Source: Raja brachyura | Taxonomy: Eukaryota | Length of the DNA: 64,000 nucleotides | Assembly: GCA_963514005.1 (NCBI GenBank) | Contig: OY740790.1 | Span: 15,872,001 to 15,936,000, forward strand | Direction of reading: 5' to 3' | Part shown: in pieces, positions 12,184 to 24,735 of the stretch | Numbering within the stretch: position 1 is the stretch's first letter | Layout of the letters: every line of letters starts with the position of its first letter | Translations under genes and position numbers: made by a program | Notes under the pieces: generated by a model | Seen by the model: the letters and a program-made list of their open reading frames with translations, nothing else | The model's database searches: none | Told to the model about the DNA's origin: nothing

Positions 12184-13385
12184 TGTAATGAGTCAAGTCC
12201 TACACAGTTCAAGATACAACGCATATTTAATAAGGTCCACTTACAGCATTGGTCTGCAGGACAGTACATAAACTAGCAGCTACTCAGACTGAATTATGTG
12301 AGCAAGATCTTGCTAATATAAATCACATATTAGGCGGAGCAACTACTAAAAAGCACTACAATTGGTTAGTAGGAAATAACCAACCTACATCTTTCCTTGT
12401 AGAAACAAAATAAAGCATAGATACGTGGAAACATGGTGGCTAAACAATACTGCAGCCGAAACGTTAATAACACATATGGGGAAGTATAAATGGTGGCGTA
12501 AAATCGCCATATTTAATGGGTGGCCTGCTGACCCGTCCAGCACGTGTGCGGTACGAGTCCGCATCTCCTCCTTTCACCGGTAAAGTGACTGGGGAGGGGA
12601 CGTGACCGGGGACGGCAACGGAGACCCTGCGGGTAAAGGTGGTGAAGCAGGTGGGGTGGGTGCTGAACGTCATGGAGAGGCCGCGGGGGACACTGTCTCT
12701 GGTAGTGGAGCAGCCGGCTCGGTAGTGGGAGGGTATACAAAACGCGAGACCTCTAGATGCGGAGTCGCAGGACGCGGTTCCTTCACAGGAAGGAGATGTT
12801 GACGGTTGCGTCTGTAAATGGCCCCATCCGCGCTAACCAGGTAGGAGCACGGTTCTTTGGCAGGGCTGTGGATGTGACCCAGACGGCCATAGCCCTTGTT
12901 GGTTTGGAGGCGAACAACTGGTGAGAGGTTTAAGTGGCTTACTGTACTTGTCGAAAAAACATTTTTGTGCATCGCGCTTGAATTGTAGTTGTTTCTGGAC
13001 TGCGGGCGGAGAACGGACCTTTGGCTGCAGAAGCTGCTGGGCAGCACGGGTTTAACGAGACATCAGTTGTTGGGCTGGGGAACCCAGTATTTGATCCCTG
13101 GCAATGTTCCTTAAATTGACATCAGATTAATCTCCATTAGTTGTTTGGCGCTTCGGACGAGTCCGTTGGACTGTGGAAACTCAGGGTTGCTGGTGATACG
13201 TCGTAAGTCCCATCATTGTGCAAAGTTTTTGGAAAAGCTGGCTGGTGAACTGACTGCCGTTCTTGGATAAAAGGCATGCAAGGGAACCGTAAACGGAGAA
13301 ATGGCGTTGCAACTTCTGGATAGCTGCTTCAGATGTGACGGTTTGGAGTAGACCAATGTCAAACCAGTTCGAATATGAGTCACAC
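12184..13385 (-). mobile_element. Gypsy LTR retrotransposon remnant: degenerate integrase, PPT and 206-bp 3' LTR (12184-12389)
   Basis: Minus-strand peptides DSYSNWFD, LQRHFSVYG, TSNPEFPQSNGL, IYRRNRQHL, TRAGRVSRPP; PPT AAGGAAAGA (12398-12390) directly before TGTA...TACA containing ATTAAA. Confidence 0.82.
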
Positions 13386-14676
13386 AGATGTGTAAATATC
13401 TGAAAAAGTGTCTCGACCCAAAATTTTACCCATTCCTTCTCTCCAGAGATGCTGCCTGTCCCGCTGGGTTACTCCGGCTTTTTGTGTCTATCTTCTGTGT
13501 AAATGTCCTGCTGTGTTCATTAATTAATCCATGTGGGCACTCCGTTTTCCACAGCAAACTGCTTCGCACCCTGCTGAGACATATGTTATAGACTTACTTA
13601 GCAAAACTGTTATCACTGCATGTCCTCTCTCTCTGGTGACAGATTCCTCTGTTGGCAGCACATTGCTCCAGATTGTAGAGGGAAGTAGAGAGCTGTTCCA
13701 AACAGAACTCCCAGAATTTCCATGTGCATTTATCGGCAAGTTCAGAATTCTCACTTATGAATGTGGAAGCAGCAATCATGTTGGGCACTCATCACTGGTC
13801 TTTCCTAAACTAAGTTCCAGCAGAAGACTCCTCATGGAGTCCAGTGGTTGAGTTCCAGATTGTAGCAGGTACAGTCCTCCATCCATTTAACAGGATGGAA
13901 GTGCCTGCTGGGATAAAGGAGAGTTCCAGTCTTTTTTTCGGTTTAATTAAATGTTCTCTTTTTAATTTAGTCAGACTTCAAGCTCTTTTGCTTTAATTAT
14001 TCTGATGAATGGTTTGATATTTGTTAGTTTTTTACGTTTTCTGAATGAGACTGAGAAACATACAAATTCATAAAACGTTACAGTTGGCTAAGTCAAGGGA
14101 ATAAATTGATCTGGGTGCTTTGTTTTGTGTTCCAGCCAGGTTGTGTTCTCACCTAGTTGGATCAGTTACACGCACCGGAACACCAGCATGATGTTCTGTT
14201 GTATACTAAGGACGATTATCACTTTTGACTGTTCCATGGATCTAATCATTGATACTTTCAATACTCACCCACTTCTGTCTGGAGTCAACTTGTAACGATT
14301 GCTGTATGAGCTTTTCAAACATTAATCACGACACTGTGACACTCTTGACAGCAGTTTAAAGATGAGCCACCAAAGCATTTTTTGGGGATGCCTGAGTTTC
14401 TTTAAGTACATATTCACAGCCTTTTAGTTGTAATGTTTCCTCTCCTCGAAGTCCCATGACAATGTTCATAGGCATTTCAAATGAATGGCCTCTGCGACTG
14501 ACATTCCCTGAAGTTGAGATGAAATGCTTAATTAAGATCTGTCCCAGTTCAGGCTCAGCTGACGATAGACACAAAAGCTGGAGTAACTTAATGGTCAGAG
14601 AGCATCTCTGGAGAAAAGGAATAGGTACATTTCGGGTCTCGACCCAAAACGTCGCCTATTCCTTTTCTCCAGAGAT

Positions 14677-15677
14677 TAGGTATGTTACAAAACTTACCTT
14701 GAGCAGCACTGCAGTTCTGCCACTCCCCATGTGTGTGACTTTGGCGCCTTTCAGAGGGGGGCATGTTTAAAATGCCGTTTTTCCCTAGACAGTCCAAATC
14801 TATCCATGTTGGACGATTTCGTCGCTAAAGAGAAATCGCTCCGACATTTCATTCATGAAACTACTTTTAAACTACGCTAGATTATTTATTAACTAGAGTA
14901 GTTTAAAAATCATCTTCTAAAGCTCTGAACGCCGACAGCAGAACGGACCTAACGTAGGGGAGAAAATAAAGTGCCGAGTTTACTTTTACATTAACACTTG
15001 TTGCAAAAAGGGGACCAAAAAAATGTATGAACCGGCTGTATTTTTTATACCGACTTCACCGCAAACCACGACGTTCCAATCCACCGCATTCCACTAAAAC
15101 CCACTCGCTAGTTGATTTAAATGCCCATTCATTTACAGGCATTAAACACTAAATTCCTTCCATTTGGCCTATAAATTCATGAAAATGAGATTTAAAAATC
15201 ATGTTATATTGTGGATTATTGTGTGAATGTTATTTGGACACTTAGGCAATTTAAAAAAGTTTATCTTTTCTTAAGAAATGGATAGATGTTTAGATCTAGT
15301 AATTGAATTTTGTAATTAGCTACAATTAGATAAGTAACTAATTATATGCTTTAATTTCAGGTCATCCAAGTAAGATTGTTTCATATTTGTTTCAGAATGC
15401 TTCAATCTATAATAACTGAAAATGTCATTGAGTTCTCTTAATTTTTAAGAAAGTTATGGGCTTTTGACTGTTCTAGATCACAGCTTTTGAGTTAAGTCAA
15501 TGGAAAGGCAATGGGGAACAAGATGCTAATTTCCGAGTATGAAAATGGCCATAACTTTTTTAATACTGAAGATATGAAAGTGAATTAGGTGTCAAATTAA
15601 ACTTCTTGTTATGCTTTATCTGATGGGATAAATTGCAGACTTGATTTTTTAAATCTCAAAATTTTGTAACATTGCTA
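14677..15677. mobile_element. Same non-autonomous DNA transposon, copy 2, inverted relative to copy 1
   Basis: TAGGTATGTTACAAAA...TTTTGTAACATTGCTA; CAGAGAT duplicated at 14670-14676 and 15678-15684; reverse complement of 10593-11609 along its length. Confidence 0.88.
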
Positions 15678-17392
15678 CAGAGATGCTGTCTGAATGGTTG
15701 ATTGGTTTATTTTATAAAATAATGATGTTCTTCAATTTAGCTGCTAATTGCAGAGCTATTTATAGTATTAATCATACATTGACAAAATGAGTAAAGATTA
15801 TATGAAAAAGGTTGCAAAAGCCACATCATTATAAATTAAGATTCTAGGTTTCTTTCAGAACCTCTAATTTAAACACCTGGTTAATCATCTGACCTCATCA
15901 AGATTTTTGATGGATCGTCTAATAATACCCTCAGCATTCGAATCAGTTATAATTGAAGGCTAACTTTGAAACAAAAATTTTATTTTCAATGCGCATGCTG
16001 ATAATGTAAGCAAAATAATTCACAACTATAAAGATTCACAATGGCTGTTTCCATGTTAATGTATTCTTTTGAAGTTTCTGCAATTTTAAGTTTATCGTAA
16101 TGTGCAAACAAAAAATATCAGTGATATAGATCATGTCATGTCACTGAAAATCATAATTTGATATCGGAAATTTCTGGTCAATTTAAGTGTTTACTATGAA
16201 AATATCATGATATTACACTGAAGATGATAAATTTGATTTTGGTTGTTAACCACAGTCTCTGGGTATTATAATTAATACTATCCCCTGAGGTTTGGTAGCC
16301 ATTATGCAACAAAGCTGCATGCAAAATGATTCTGCCCCTGCCTTCTCTTCCATGAGAATGCAACAAAGCGTCTTCTAACAGTAAAGTGGAACCACATTTT
16401 CAACCTTTTTTCTGCTCTCTTGACTATAACTATAAAGCTGATAGTATCTATACTTTGCAAAATGACTGCCACGCTTTATTTAAATGCTATTCTGAACAGC
16501 CTTGGCATTTAGCTGAGATGTTAATTGCCTCTTAAGACTGCATGATGGTGAGTCCCTCTTTATCATTTTATTAGAAAAAGAATGCCACTAATTTATCCAT
16601 GAAGATAAATCTACATAAATACTTTGAATCAAGTGGTTAATATAAACTTCCAATCTTTGAAAACAATTAAACTTCTAACCTTGTACTGAAATTAACATAA
16701 TGGAGTGAACATATTTCCTTTTGCATGAGAAACAGTATCATGAAAGTTGACATCTTTGGGTGGAGAAGGATTTAAACTGGGGGTGAAGGGGGAGACTCAG
16801 CCATCGCTATTATTGTGGGCCCTGCGATTTTTTGTGGTAAATTATGACTCAGGCATTTATTCAGTGTGGGAATTCACAATATTTGCTGGACAAAAACATT
16901 TCCCTACTTGTGTCATGTCTGAATTATAATTGTTCTTTCAACAGAGGCGCATTGTGTGTTCCCTTGGATCACATGACTATAATGTGAAGCTCTAAAGTAA
17001 TGCTATGTAAGAACGCGAGTGGAGGGAAATGTTCTTCAATGTTAAACCAGACTCCTTCTTCTTGGCAATAATGCAGTGGAGATGGTTATTTAGATTTTAG
17101 AGTGTCCTTTCATTTTTGGTAATGTCCCAATTTGCAGTGTCATAGAGTGGTTGAACTTGTAGCTATAAGACATGCACTTGAATATTAGTTGTGAATCAAA
17201 TAATCTTAAAAATGTGTATTCAGTCAAAGAGAGCCACATGTTCAAGGCAACAAGCTGTACTCAGATTTACGGTGGTTGAACGGGTTTCTTTGGACTGATT
17301 GTCCTTATCTGAATCTCCTTCTCCTGCATGATTTGCTTTTCAATCAAAATAATTTTATTCTAAGTAACTGGTAATATTGTGTTTTAAAACAG

Positions 17393-17534
17393 AACCTCCA
17401 CGAGTCACCGTGTATCCCACAAACCAGACCTTCACAGAAGGGAGGGAGGTACAAATCGGTTGCACTGCCACTGGCTACCCTCATCCACACATAGTCTGGA
17501 CTCATAATGACATGTTTCTAATGGGAACAAATAG
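17393..17534 (+). CDS. HMCN1: HMCN1 exon B (142 nt, phase 1-2)
   Basis: aaacag|AACCTCCA...AATAG|gtatgt; EPPRVTVYPTNQTFTEGREVQIGCTATGYPHPHIVWTHNDMFLMGTNR; not in the ORF track. Confidence 0.93.
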
Positions 17535-17671
17535 GTATGTATTGTCATAATATTTTCTGATAACTGAAGATTCTGTTATGTTTGGCATCAATAATGCATA
17601 AAACACCCAACCCAACCAATGAGTTATATATCATGGACACGGGGTAAAGTCCCTGATTTAATATAGTTTAC

Positions 17672-17973
17672 TCTACTGTACTTTACGTTACTGTACTGTA
17701 GAGATATAGTGTGGAAACAGGTCCTTCGACCCACCGAGTTTGTGCCAACCAGCAATCACCCATACACTAATTCTATCCTGCACACTAGGGACAATTTACA
17801 AAAGGCAATTAACCTACAAAAGAGTCTTTGGAAGGAAACCGGAGCACCTGGAATAAACCCGTGCAGTCACAGGGGGAACGTACAAACTCCATACAGACAG
17901 CACACGTAGTCAGGATCGGCCGGAGTCTCTGGCGCTGTGGCAGCAGCTCTACTGCTGCACCACCAAGCCGCCC
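17672..17973 (-). mobile_element. tRNA-derived SINE, same family
   Basis: Colinear with 55033-55344. Confidence 0.8.
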
Positions 17974-18284
17974 TTCATATCTCTGCTGAGATACTCATTG
18001 AGTGCTAGAGAGTAAACTCTACCAGGTATCGAATTATGATAGATTTAGATTTGGCCTGGGAGAGAACGTTGATGTTGATTCACTTATCATTTCAGAAAAT
18101 TAGCAAGATTTTGTGGTGACAACACCGTTAGTATATTTGCAGTGCCAAGATGCCAGTTGAAGCAGAAATTGGTTATCACTGATGTAGCAGATGTAGGCGA
18201 GGTGACAACTTTGTGAACGTCTATCAGTTAGCTTGGAGCTGAGGCACTGCCTTCAGGAGAATTTACCTTGCATCTCCATGACTT

Positions 18285-18482
18285 TTTTCCGGGATGTTTT
18301 AAAGCGCTTTATAGCTTCTACCAATGGCAATGTGATAATGATCAGATAATCTTAATTTAGAAATGTAATTTGACAAACAAACCTTGGCCATGACATCTGG
18401 GATAATTCACTTGCTACTCTTTGAAATAATGTTGTGGGATCTTATATGTCGCCTTAAGTGAGCAAAGATGTCTTGGTTTACA
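18285..18482 (-). mobile_element. Ancient DeuSINE-like remnant (opposite-strand remnant at ~41885-42142)
   Basis: Resembles the Deu-domain consensus as I recall it (GATCCCAyrrCAyTATTTCrAAGA..AGCAGrGGArTTaTCCC..TGTCCTGGCCAA) with a GTAAAGCGCTT..ACATCC-type tail. Confidence 0.45.
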
Positions 18483-19849
18483 AAACTAGAATGCCAGAGG
18501 GTCTCAACTGTTAGCCTTCACAAATACTGCATGAGCTGCTGAGTTCTTCTGGTGTTCTATTTGTGGTCTAAATTCCAGAAACTGCATGTGTAGGAAGGAA
18601 CAACAGATGCTGGTTTAAACCTAAGATAGTACAAAATGCTGCAGTAACTCAGCGGGACAGGCAGCTTCTCTGGAGAGAAAGAATGAATGATGTTTCGGGT
18701 CGAGACCCTTCTTCAGACTTGTAAGGGGAAAGGGAAATGGGAGATAGTGAACTTTATAAAGGGAGTTGATCCATGGGGAATGTAAAGAGCAAACTACTAG
18801 CAGGAACTTTGAGATTTTGGATCAGCTGCATGATGTTCTGCTGTATACTAAGGACAGTTATTACTTTTGAAAGTTCCATGGATCTAATCATCGATACCGT
18901 CAACAATACTCACTCACTCCTGTCTTCTGTCAACTTGTACCGATTGCTATATGAGCTTTTCAGACAATAATCCCGACATGAAAGGTTTCAAAGGTCTTTT
19001 ATTGTCACGTGTGCCAATTATGGTACAGTGGTATGTGAATTACCATACAGCCATTCTAAAAAAGCAACAAGACACACAACTACATGAAAGTTAACATAAA
19101 CATCCACCTCAGCAGATTCCCACATTCCTCACTGTGATGGAAGGGAATAACATGTTGATCTTATTGACATTGTCTCCAGACTATCTTTATGTCAATTTTA
19201 TTGATAATAACATGATATATACTTATTCTGCAATAAATCTCATAACTAATTAGCTTTACCTATATTTACGTATGCATATGCATACCTCGTGTTGCCCTGT
19301 AATCATTCTTCTCGCTGCAAAATCCTAGAGTGGGTGAGAATGTACTTGCACTCCTTACCATACTGACTCCACCCAAGAGACATTGACATGCTCCAAAGCA
19401 ATCCCCACAGCTGGTAGTCTGTCACTGCATCCACTCTGTGATAAAGCATCACTAGGCTAATGAATTCCGTTAAAGCAAAATCTAGGACATATTGAAAGGG
19501 AAATGGTCCCTTCCCAAAGTTTTGAAGTAAAGTCATGATTTTTTGATCTGAATAAAAAAAGAGCAGAACAGATAACAGTTCGAGTCAATGTTATTGTCAT
19601 ATGCACAAGTACAATGAGAGACAGGTACAATGAAAGCAGCATCACAGGCATGAAGACTCAGACAAACTCATAAAAAGATGTAATACATATACATTAAATG
19701 CACACAAAAGTTCTAGAAAAAAGAAGCCTGCAAAAAAAAATGACATTAGTGCAAAGGCATAATTAAAAAATGCCACCCAGTTCAATCTCTTTAAATTCAA
19801 TTAATTGCATTTAAATGCTTGGGATACTGCAGATAGCAATTACTGGTAT

Positions 19850-20690
19850 AGAGGTTGAGGTTTAAGTTATTGTTGTCACATATACCGAGGTCGAGGTACA
19901 GTACAGAAGAAGGTTCTCGACCCGAAACATCACCGATTCCTTTTCTCCAGAGATGCAGCCTGTCCCGCTGAGTTACTCCAGCATTTTGTGTCTATCTACA
20001 GCGAAAAGCTTTGTTCTGCGTGCTATCAAAACAGATCAGATATACTTATACGTAGATATAATCAGTTTCAACTCAAGTAAAATAGATAGAGGAAAGGGGA
20101 AGATGCAGAATGCAGAATATAGTTCTCACCATTGTAGCGCATCAGTCCCTTAGACAAAGTCCAATGTCCTCAATGGAATAATGGTGAATCAAATGGTATA
20201 TTAGCTCATGGAAGGCCATTCAGAAGTCTGATAATGGAGGGGAAGAAGGTGTTACTAAAACTGGTGGTGCGCATTTTCAAGCTTCTGCATCTTCTGCCAG
20301 AGGAGAGCAGTGAGAAAAAGGAATGACTGGGGTGGGACAAGTCTTTGATTAAATTGGCCGCTTTTCCAAGGCAGTGTAAAGTGTAGATGAAGTCAATGGC
20401 AGGAAGTCTGATCTGTGTGATGCATTCATTTCGATTGGATTATGGTGCTGAAAGCTGAGCAATAGTTGACAAATAGGAGTCTAACGCAGGAGTGCTTGTC
20501 CAGATATTCCAGAGATAAGTTTAGGGCCAGAGAGATGACCTGCTGTGGACCTATTGCGACGGTAATCAAACTACAGATGATCAAGGCTGCTGGGAGAGTT
20601 AATGTGTGCAATCACCAGCCTTCATAATAGTAGATGTCAGAGCCACTGGATGGTAGTCATTAAGGCATGCTACCTTACTTTCCTTTGGCA
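19850..20690 (-). mobile_element. Degenerate Rex1/Babar-like LINE fragment
   Basis: LEYLDKHSCVRLLFVNYCSAFSTII (RT motif); 3' end AATAA-type tail at ~19865. Confidence 0.7.
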
Positions 20691-23600
20691 CCAGATGATA
20701 CTGTTACTGCCTCAAGACTCCAGCTTCAGAATTCTTAATGGCTCTGCGATGTTCAAAGATGGATTTATTGGGATTGTTCAAGTTGAATGCTGCAGACATG
20801 GAATTCACCTGGGAGTGGCCCACATTCATGGTTTCTGGCTCAGGAATACACATCTTCTTTGGTACATAGTCCGATACACACTTGCTGATAAAGTCAGGGA
20901 GGTAGAAAAAATAAATGTATCAGCATCTACACTGCTGAATACAATCCAATAACTACTGCTGGCAAATCTGTATGAACCGCATTGGGGGAAAGAGGCTTGG
21001 CTCCAATGTTCAATATTTAGTGTCGAAGGTAGACATAAAAAGCTGGAGTAACTCAGCGGGACAGGCAGATTCTCTGGACAGAAGGAATTGGTGACGTTTC
21101 GGATCCGACCCAAAACATCACCCATTCCTTCTTTCCGGAGAAGCTGCCTGTCCCGCTACTCCAGCTTTTTGTGTCCATCTTCGGTTTAAACCAGCATCTA
21201 TATTTATATCTATACAATATTTAGTGTCTCTGATTATCTATGGAGGACATCTTCTCAGGAGAGCTTTAGAGGGGAGTTGGCAACTTTACTATAGCTTTGA
21301 AACAAGTAGACAGTGGGGACGATGGAGGAGGCGAGGGGAATCATAGTGTCAATGAATGAAGTCTTTTGAAATAAGAACAGGCATAAAACCTGAGCTGTCA
21401 TTTCCACTATTAGTGTGCCAACCCAACTCAGAGCTCTAGCAGCCTCTAGTGGCGCTGGTCTAGACTTTCAGGATCACCGATTTTCCAGGATGAAAGCACA
21501 AACTAACAAACAAAGAATTTTGCTTTCTGTTTAGTGGCTAACACATTTTGAAAGATTTCAAATTTACGGCTTTGGAAAATTTTTGAAAGAAGCAAATCCA
21601 AAAGATTCAGCCCATGACCTAGATGATGCATGTAGCTCTGCTGCTGAAATGCAAACAGAACCAACTGAACGAACACAGCAAGTCAGACAGCATGTATGGA
21701 AAGGGAAACAGTTCAAGTTTCCAGTTGAAGGTACGAGGTTAGGGGAGGGATGCATAGGACAAAGGACACATCTCTGATGGGGTGGAGCCAGGTTTGCTGT
21801 GATAGCAGCAGTTGAAAAATTGTTGAGAAATATTATTGAGAGAGAGAAAACAAACAAATGGGTATATTAAAGCTGTGAAATGCAGGTCAGAGCTCTAGAA
21901 AATGTCACACTGATCAGGCACTGTCACGGGAAAAAAATAATTTGACTTCACAGATGGAAAACCTACAGTGGAATTAGCCAGCTCAGCGAGCAAACTAAAA
22001 TTATCTGAAACTATTGAATTAATGAATATTTCCAACATTTTCTGTTTTTATTTCAGACTTTCAGCATCTGCAGTTTTTCCTTAATTTTTAGACATGCTCT
22101 CAGCATCTCAGCATCTGCATGTAGAAAAAATTGAAACAGAGTGACTCCTGTGTTATTTGCTAAATAATCACAGCAGTAGAGAATTTGGTAGTAGAGAATT
22201 TTGATTTCTGATTGGTTTCTGACCATGATAATATTTGTTGCCCATGTTATGCTTGCTGTAGCCTATCATTTCTCTGCCACTCCACCCTCTGCCGTGCCAG
22301 GAAAACAGCAATTCCATATGTTGGCTTCTTGTCTCAAACAAAACTTTGCAGTTTGCTTAATCATGATCAAAAAGTCCATGCATCAAGTCAAAAGGGATGG
22401 TTAACCTTGTAATGCTTGTAATGAGTGGAAAGCATTCATTGGTGAGGGCATTAAATACATTGGATTATTTGCAATGGTAAAGCAATTTATAAATCTTAAA
22501 ATTAAAAAAAGCAGTTTGATTAACCTTAATTCCTATTACATTTTATACATGCATAGAGTAAATGGCAACTCACACCAAAGTTAGAATTGACAGTGTTAAA
22601 AGTGAGATTGTGCTGTGAGGATATCTAGTAAATGATTGTGAAATATACTGAGCAGAGCATTCACACTGTTGCAATTAGCAGAGTAGTGTGAGGTCACACA
22701 ATCACATGGCACTGGAAATGTCCAAACCGCAGATCATCATCTTGCAGTTTAACTCTTGGCCAGAGCTTTGTTCGACTTGTGCCTCTGTTTTTTCTTTCCT
22801 GGTATACCCTGTTCAAAATCTCTCTTGTGGGTCCATCCTAAATCAGTAAGTAAGAATTTCATCGTTCTGTTTCACTACATGTGACAATTAAACACTCTTG
22901 ACTCCTGAGAAAAAAATGAGTCAGTTGGGATCAAGTAGGAATCTGAGGAATAACAAGTTGTAAGGCTGCGGATTTTAACTTTGGTGTGGCCTGCCAGCCT
23001 CTGGGCTGTACACCTATGTACAGTGCTATTTTTGTGGGCAAAACTGTGCCCGTATTCATATCAATTAATTTTTCTCCCATCAGTTTGCCCCTCTCTTCTG
23101 TTTTGAATTTTGTCACCAATTTCTAATTTAATAAACTAATAACAAAAAAGTATTACATCGACACATGTTAAAAATTAAACATGTGTCGATGTAATATGTG
23201 TCCATGTAAAAATTAAACATATCGTTTAAAATAATACACTACAATAAAAAACTACAGTGCTGCGCCAGCACTTACCATCACAAGAAAATCACATTGTGTG
23301 CAACCAGTGAAGCCAAAACCCTTTAGTAGCTTAAATGAACAAGTGGGGCTCATTCCTGTTGGATACTTAAACTACAGAGAGCACATAAATCCCAAGTTCT
23401 TCTCTCAGTTTGTATAACATTAGCTAACATCAATTGAGACAAAAACACATTATTATAACTTCACAGGGAGCAAAGGATGAGGAAGGGGATGGAATGAGCC
23501 AGCGGTGTCATTTATGATTAGTTGTCATGCTGGGGAAGGTATATGTGAGGCTGTTAATCACAAAAGATTTTGAAGTAATCCACTCTTTATTCCCCCATCC

Positions 23601-23889
23601 TCCATCTCATGACCACTTTTCCTCGCCCACCTACTGCCACAGATACAAAGGGCCTTCTTACAGTCAATTCTCAGCATAATAAATGCATAGAAAAAGATGA
23701 TGTGGAACTGTGATCTGACATACAATTGAAAATTAAAACAGAGATCATGTTAAATATAGGGATATAATTTATTCCATTGTTTTTGTAAATTATTTGTACT
23801 TATGTCATATTTTAAGTAAACAGCTATCAACAGGAAAATGTGTCTTATAGCAAATGCAAATCTAATATGTTTCACTATGTGTTTTAAAG

Positions 23890-24017
23890 GCATATGCTAA
23901 GCAAAACTGGCAGTCTAATTATTAGACCTGCTTCTCGAAAGGATTCTGGAATTTATACCTGCCTGAGCAGTAACACTGCAGGGACAGACAGACAGGCATC
24001 CATCCTCACCTATATAG
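23890..24017 (+). CDS. HMCN1: HMCN1 exon C (128 nt, phase 2-1)
   Basis: taaag|GCATATG...TATATAG|gtaagt; HMLSKTGSLIIRPASRKDSGIYTCLSSNTAGTDRQASILTYI. Confidence 0.93.
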
Positions 24018-24735
24018 GTAAGTGCAAAAATCTTTAGTATACATTAGTTCTACGCTGCAGCAAGGAACCAGACCTGAAGAGAACATGGATTGCGAAATTG
24101 GGACTGCTAGGCTGAATGTGACGACTCTGTAGAATTACAGATGGGTTTAAGTATATTGCAGACTGTTATGGAAATTAAAGACTCTGGCTGACTCTGACAG
24201 GCAAATACAAAGAGATTAGGTCACTATTATGATAATCACCAGACCATATACAATTCCTGTACTGATTCTGTATATGAGGTGTTTTGTGGGAACTTTGTCA
24301 AAAACATTTGCATCCTAAGAAAAGCCAGTGACACACAGTAGTCGTAGTAATTATTCTCCAATCACTTCTGAGCCTTAATCTGTGACACTGCTATAAAAAG
24401 CAGAATACAGCCACTTCGAGGCTACAGCCGTTTAAATCTTGTAAATTTAATTTAAGGTGATTTTGGACGTTATCTTCATTTTCCTCGCAGCGTTGAGCAT
24501 CTGAATTTGTGGCATCTATTCTCACCTATTATATAGTTGATCTGTTCAGAAAATCAATGGTTGTTCCAGGATCAATTTCCACAAATTGATCGGTGTTGCA
24601 ATGCCCCGGCAAAATTGGTCAGTTAGTTTGTCCAAAGAATTGCTATAAATTGTACAGCATGTCATTCAAGAATATATCGCTGAACCTCTTATTGAATGTG
24701 TAGCATTGGCATTTTATACATGTTTTGCATGTGTA

